From: a virus
Lineage: Duplodnaviria > Caudoviricetes
Reading direction: 5' to 3' (one strand)
IMG/VR virus record: IMGVR_UViG_3300004240_000026
Location: 1 to 36,121 of that record
DNA length: 36,121 nucleotides
Shown: positions 34,061-36,121 of the stretch, one piece after another
Position numbering within the stretch: the stretch's first letter is position 1
Layout of the letters: each line of letters begins with the position of its first letter
Notes under the pieces: model-generated
Told to the model about the DNA's origin: nothing
What the model saw: only the letters and a program-made list of their open reading frames with translations
The model's database searches: none
Made by a program: the position numbers and the translations under genes

Positions 34061-34307
34061 GTGATCTCCTTCCAGTGTTTTCGGGTTTAGGGCAGTTCTC
34101 AGGTACTTCGACGACCACCCAAATTGCCGCCAATGTATTGCGGTAAGTTGATTTCTCCCATCGATCAATGTACACACCAAACACACTCTCCAATGATTTG
34201 TTGACAGAACGATTGTCTATACCCGTAAGCTTAGAAATATCGCTTGACTTCAAACCATCGGGGTGTTTCTTGAGTAATGCACGAATGATGTTGTGATTAC
34301 TCTTCAC
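34032..34307 (-). CDS. Winged HTH DNA-binding protein
   Basis: IRALLKKHPDGLKSSDISKLTGID.RSV.KSL followed by a beta wing. Confidence 0.7.
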   Translation of the reverse strand: MKSNHNIIRALLKKHPDGLKSSDISKLTGIDNRSVNKSLESVFGVYIDRWEKSTYRNTLAAIWVVVEVPENCPKPENTGRRSRERICIEED

Positions 34308-34396
34308 AGTGGTGAATCCTCTTCATTCTCAGGATTGAAAGGTAGTTTGTCCAATGGCTCATGTTCATGTGGCTTAGTGGGGAAAGGCCACGTCAT
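34304..34396 (-). CDS. 30-aa microprotein MTWPFPTKPHEHEPLDKLPFNPENEEDSPL
   Basis: Fills the gap exactly, with an ATGA overlap upstream and a GTGA overlap downstream. Confidence 0.7.
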   Translation of the reverse strand: MTWPFPTKPHEHEPLDKLPFNPENEEDSPL

Positions 34397-34959
34397 GCTT
34401 CAAACACCTTTTTAAGTTCCAAGTACACGGCCTTGGCCATGCCAACAGACATTGAGTTAACAAGCTGTTCAGCACTTGCATTACTTGATAGTGAAGTTGA
34501 TGGGATTGGCAGCGCTGCAGTCGCCTGAGCTTTCTTCTCAGCTTGAGCTTTCTTCTTCGCTTGGTATTTAGCGCTGTACTCTAACTGTTTTGCTCGCTTA
34601 ATCCTGTATTCAGCACGAGCAATATGTGCCTTGGCAAGTGCCTCCTGTCGATTGAACGCAGGGTACGAGTCTCCAACTGTTTGATATACAAATTTTCCGT
34701 TTGCATTCTTGCTACGGTTAAGCACGCCACGGTCTAGCATCTGTTTGAGTCGAGTAGAGATGCCAGTCATGTCTCCACTGTTTACCAGTGAAGCAAGTTC
34801 CACGCTGGTTTTGTTCGGGTACGATTTAACCGTGTCCCAAATCAGTTTACTGACGTTGACTTTGTCAGGCGTGATAGGTGCTGGCTCACTGCCTACATCA
34901 TCATCATCATCAAATGTCAAGTTGTCTAATTTCATGAGTTCGCTCCTTAAGTCTGGCAT
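34393..34959 (-). CDS. Winged HTH protein with basic helical extension
   Basis: IWDTVK.YP..TS.ELA........ISTRL.QM.DRGVL.R......F.Y; AAGGA SD. Confidence 0.65.
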   Translation of the reverse strand: MPDLRSELMKLDNLTFDDDDDVGSEPAPITPDKVNVSKLIWDTVKSYPNKTSVELASLVNSGDMTGISTRLKQMLDRGVLNRSKNANGKFVYQTVGDSYPAFNRQEALAKAHIARAEYRIKRAKQLEYSAKYQAKKKAQAEKKAQATAALPIPSTSLSSNASAEQLVNSMSVGMAKAVYLELKKVFEA

Positions 34960-34961
34960 GA

Positions 34962-35207
34962 TTATTTTCCTTCAGTGTTGCGGTCAATGTGCTCTAGTAA
35001 TCTCTCAAGATAGTGTCGTGCTTTAAGTACATCTTTAACACCATCTTTGTCTTTGTATCTAGCAATGTACTTAATGACATTGCCTCGTAAGAACCCTTCA
35101 AATTCTTCTGCGCTCATCCATGACTGCATGGCTGTCCACGGTTGAACATCTTTACTTCGGTAGTGCTCACCACCGATTTGCATTTCACTTGCTAATGGTT
35201 TATTCAT
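34962..35207 (-). CDS. DUF3310 (SaV-like) protein
   Basis: QIGG.HY....QPW........GFL.GNVIKY..RY..K.G..D..KA.HYL..L. Confidence 0.88.
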   Translation of the reverse strand: MNKPLASEMQIGGEHYRSKDVQPWTAMQSWMSAEEFEGFLRGNVIKYIARYKDKDGVKDVLKARHYLERLLEHIDRNTEGK

Positions 35208-35394
35208 ATGATTTCCTTTTGGGGTCTAGGTCTAAGTGAATCATGAGTTGGACTAAGCGGGATTCCATCCTTGCCAATCGTTTCTCAATAAGGGAAAGGG
35301 TGATCGAGTCGTTTGACTTGAGGCACTCCCCTCCATTTATCTCCGAGGGTCTTGACCGAAAGAATCCACTGGCGTTGGTAATAACGTTTAACAT
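35200..35394 (-). CDS. Hypothetical protein
   Basis: Overlaps the DUF3310 start; coiled segment IEKRLARMESRLVQLM. Confidence 0.55.
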   Translation of the reverse strand: MLNVITNASGFFRSRPSEINGGECLKSNDSITLSLIEKRLARMESRLVQLMIHLDLDPKRKSYE

Positions 35395-35454
35395 GTTTGT
35401 CTACTTCATATGATTTAAATGTGTTGATAGCTTTTCGTTTGAGTTGGTACTCTG

Positions 35455-36099
35455 TCATACTCTAGCTCCTGCCATACGAGCACCGACTGCCGCTGCTACG
35501 GCATTGTCTGTGTCGATCTGTTTAAGAAATTCTGATGCCTTGCTAATTTTCTCAGCAGTGCGCTCAGACTTGACCAACATACGGTCCATGAAAGACTTGG
35601 GGATATAGACACGTACATCGGGCCACAGTTTAACTGCTTCATTAAGTGATTTGCAGTTGTTCAAGAAGTCCTTGATCTGACGTTGAATGGCTTTCCACTT
35701 CTTGTTGTTCTCGTAGTACGCAACGTCACGTTGCACAACTTCCGCAATGATTGGATGCGTAGAAGGTATATCAAAGTGCGTTGTATAGCTTGATGACTTG
35801 GGAGGTGCCGCAGTAGACATAGCAGTCTTGATTGACACCATAGACTTAAGATTCACACCGTCATGCTCAAACTGGGTGTTGGCACGAAAGTCTTTGTTGT
35901 ATGTCTTCCAATCATCGGGGATTACATTCTTCAAGTGGTAGTGGTCACCCCATATCAATCGGTCAAGATCATCGGGTAATGCCTGATATGTAATTTCATC
36001 AATTGGTTTCTGAATTAGATTTGCATCTGCCTCCTTCATGCGGTTGATTTTGTTCTCGACTTCGTTAATAAGTGTCGCGCTGATTGCTACATAAGCCAT
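35455..36099 (-). CDS. Phage protein, Nmad5-like (nucleotide-modification-associated domain 5)
   Basis: GGAG SD; C-terminal L..CKSLNEAVKLWP....IP pattern. Family call from memory. Confidence 0.55.
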   Translation of the reverse strand: MAYVAISATLINEVENKINRMKEADANLIQKPIDEITYQALPDDLDRLIWGDHYHLKNVIPDDWKTYNKDFRANTQFEHDGVNLKSMVSIKTAMSTAAPPKSSSYTTHFDIPSTHPIIAEVVQRDVAYYENNKKWKAIQRQIKDFLNNCKSLNEAVKLWPDVRVYIPKSFMDRMLVKSERTAEKISKASEFLKQIDTDNAVAAAVGARMAGARV

Positions 36100-36121
36100 G
36101 GTGTTGCTCCGTTTAGTTAGT

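Larger units (their letters stand above)
1..36121. mobile_element. Tailed dsDNA bacteriophage genome segment (podovirus-like), late and replication arms convergent at ~23390
   Basis: Dense co-oriented gene blocks: tail fibres, endolysin and ejection-type proteins on +; PolA, SNF2, VRR-NUC and primase-helicase on -. No cellular housekeeping genes. Confidence 0.97.

Noticed and set aside
299-35026. Numerous antisense ORFs in the supplied track
   Set aside because: They lie opposite strong genes, lack SD or motifs, and are expected from codon bias.
1-36121. tRNA genes, introns/inteins or stop-codon recoding
   Set aside because: No cloverleaf was seen in the short intergenic gaps, the polymerase and helicases are uninterrupted, and standard-code ORFs tile the window.

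Overview
The window is a 36 kb piece of a tailed dsDNA phage genome with podovirus-like organisation; no host housekeeping genes, integrase or att site are visible. It has two convergent arms. The + strand (1-23386) is the late arm: LamG and collar-type tail fibres, a GT2-TPR glycosyltransferase, a ferritin-like protein, a lysis cluster with a GH24 endolysin, tail proteins, and three probable ejection (internal virion) proteins ending in a 2661-aa giant. The - strand (23389-36099) is the replication/early arm: family A DNA polymerase (Leu762 type), Cas4-like PD-(D/E)XK nuclease, VRR-NUC, HNH proteins, SNF2 helicase, SSB-like protein, primase-DUF927 helicase, GNAT and small DNA-binding proteins. 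The most striking element is the giant gene (14817-22802). By eye it strings together a sigma-70 region-4-like HTH, a UvrD/PcrA-type Tudor domain (both RNA polymerase-contacting folds in their usual context), an L,D-transpeptidase-like domain, a HEXXH zincin and a PLxRFG-like tail. Its low-complexity linkers also carry at least four small ORFs in the +1 frame, each with a well-spaced Shine-Dalgarno; two start exactly where a recognisable domain ends. A structured RNA candidate with a loop-E (AGUA/GAA) motif lies downstream of the SSB-like gene. All family assignments are motif recognition by eye; no searches were run.
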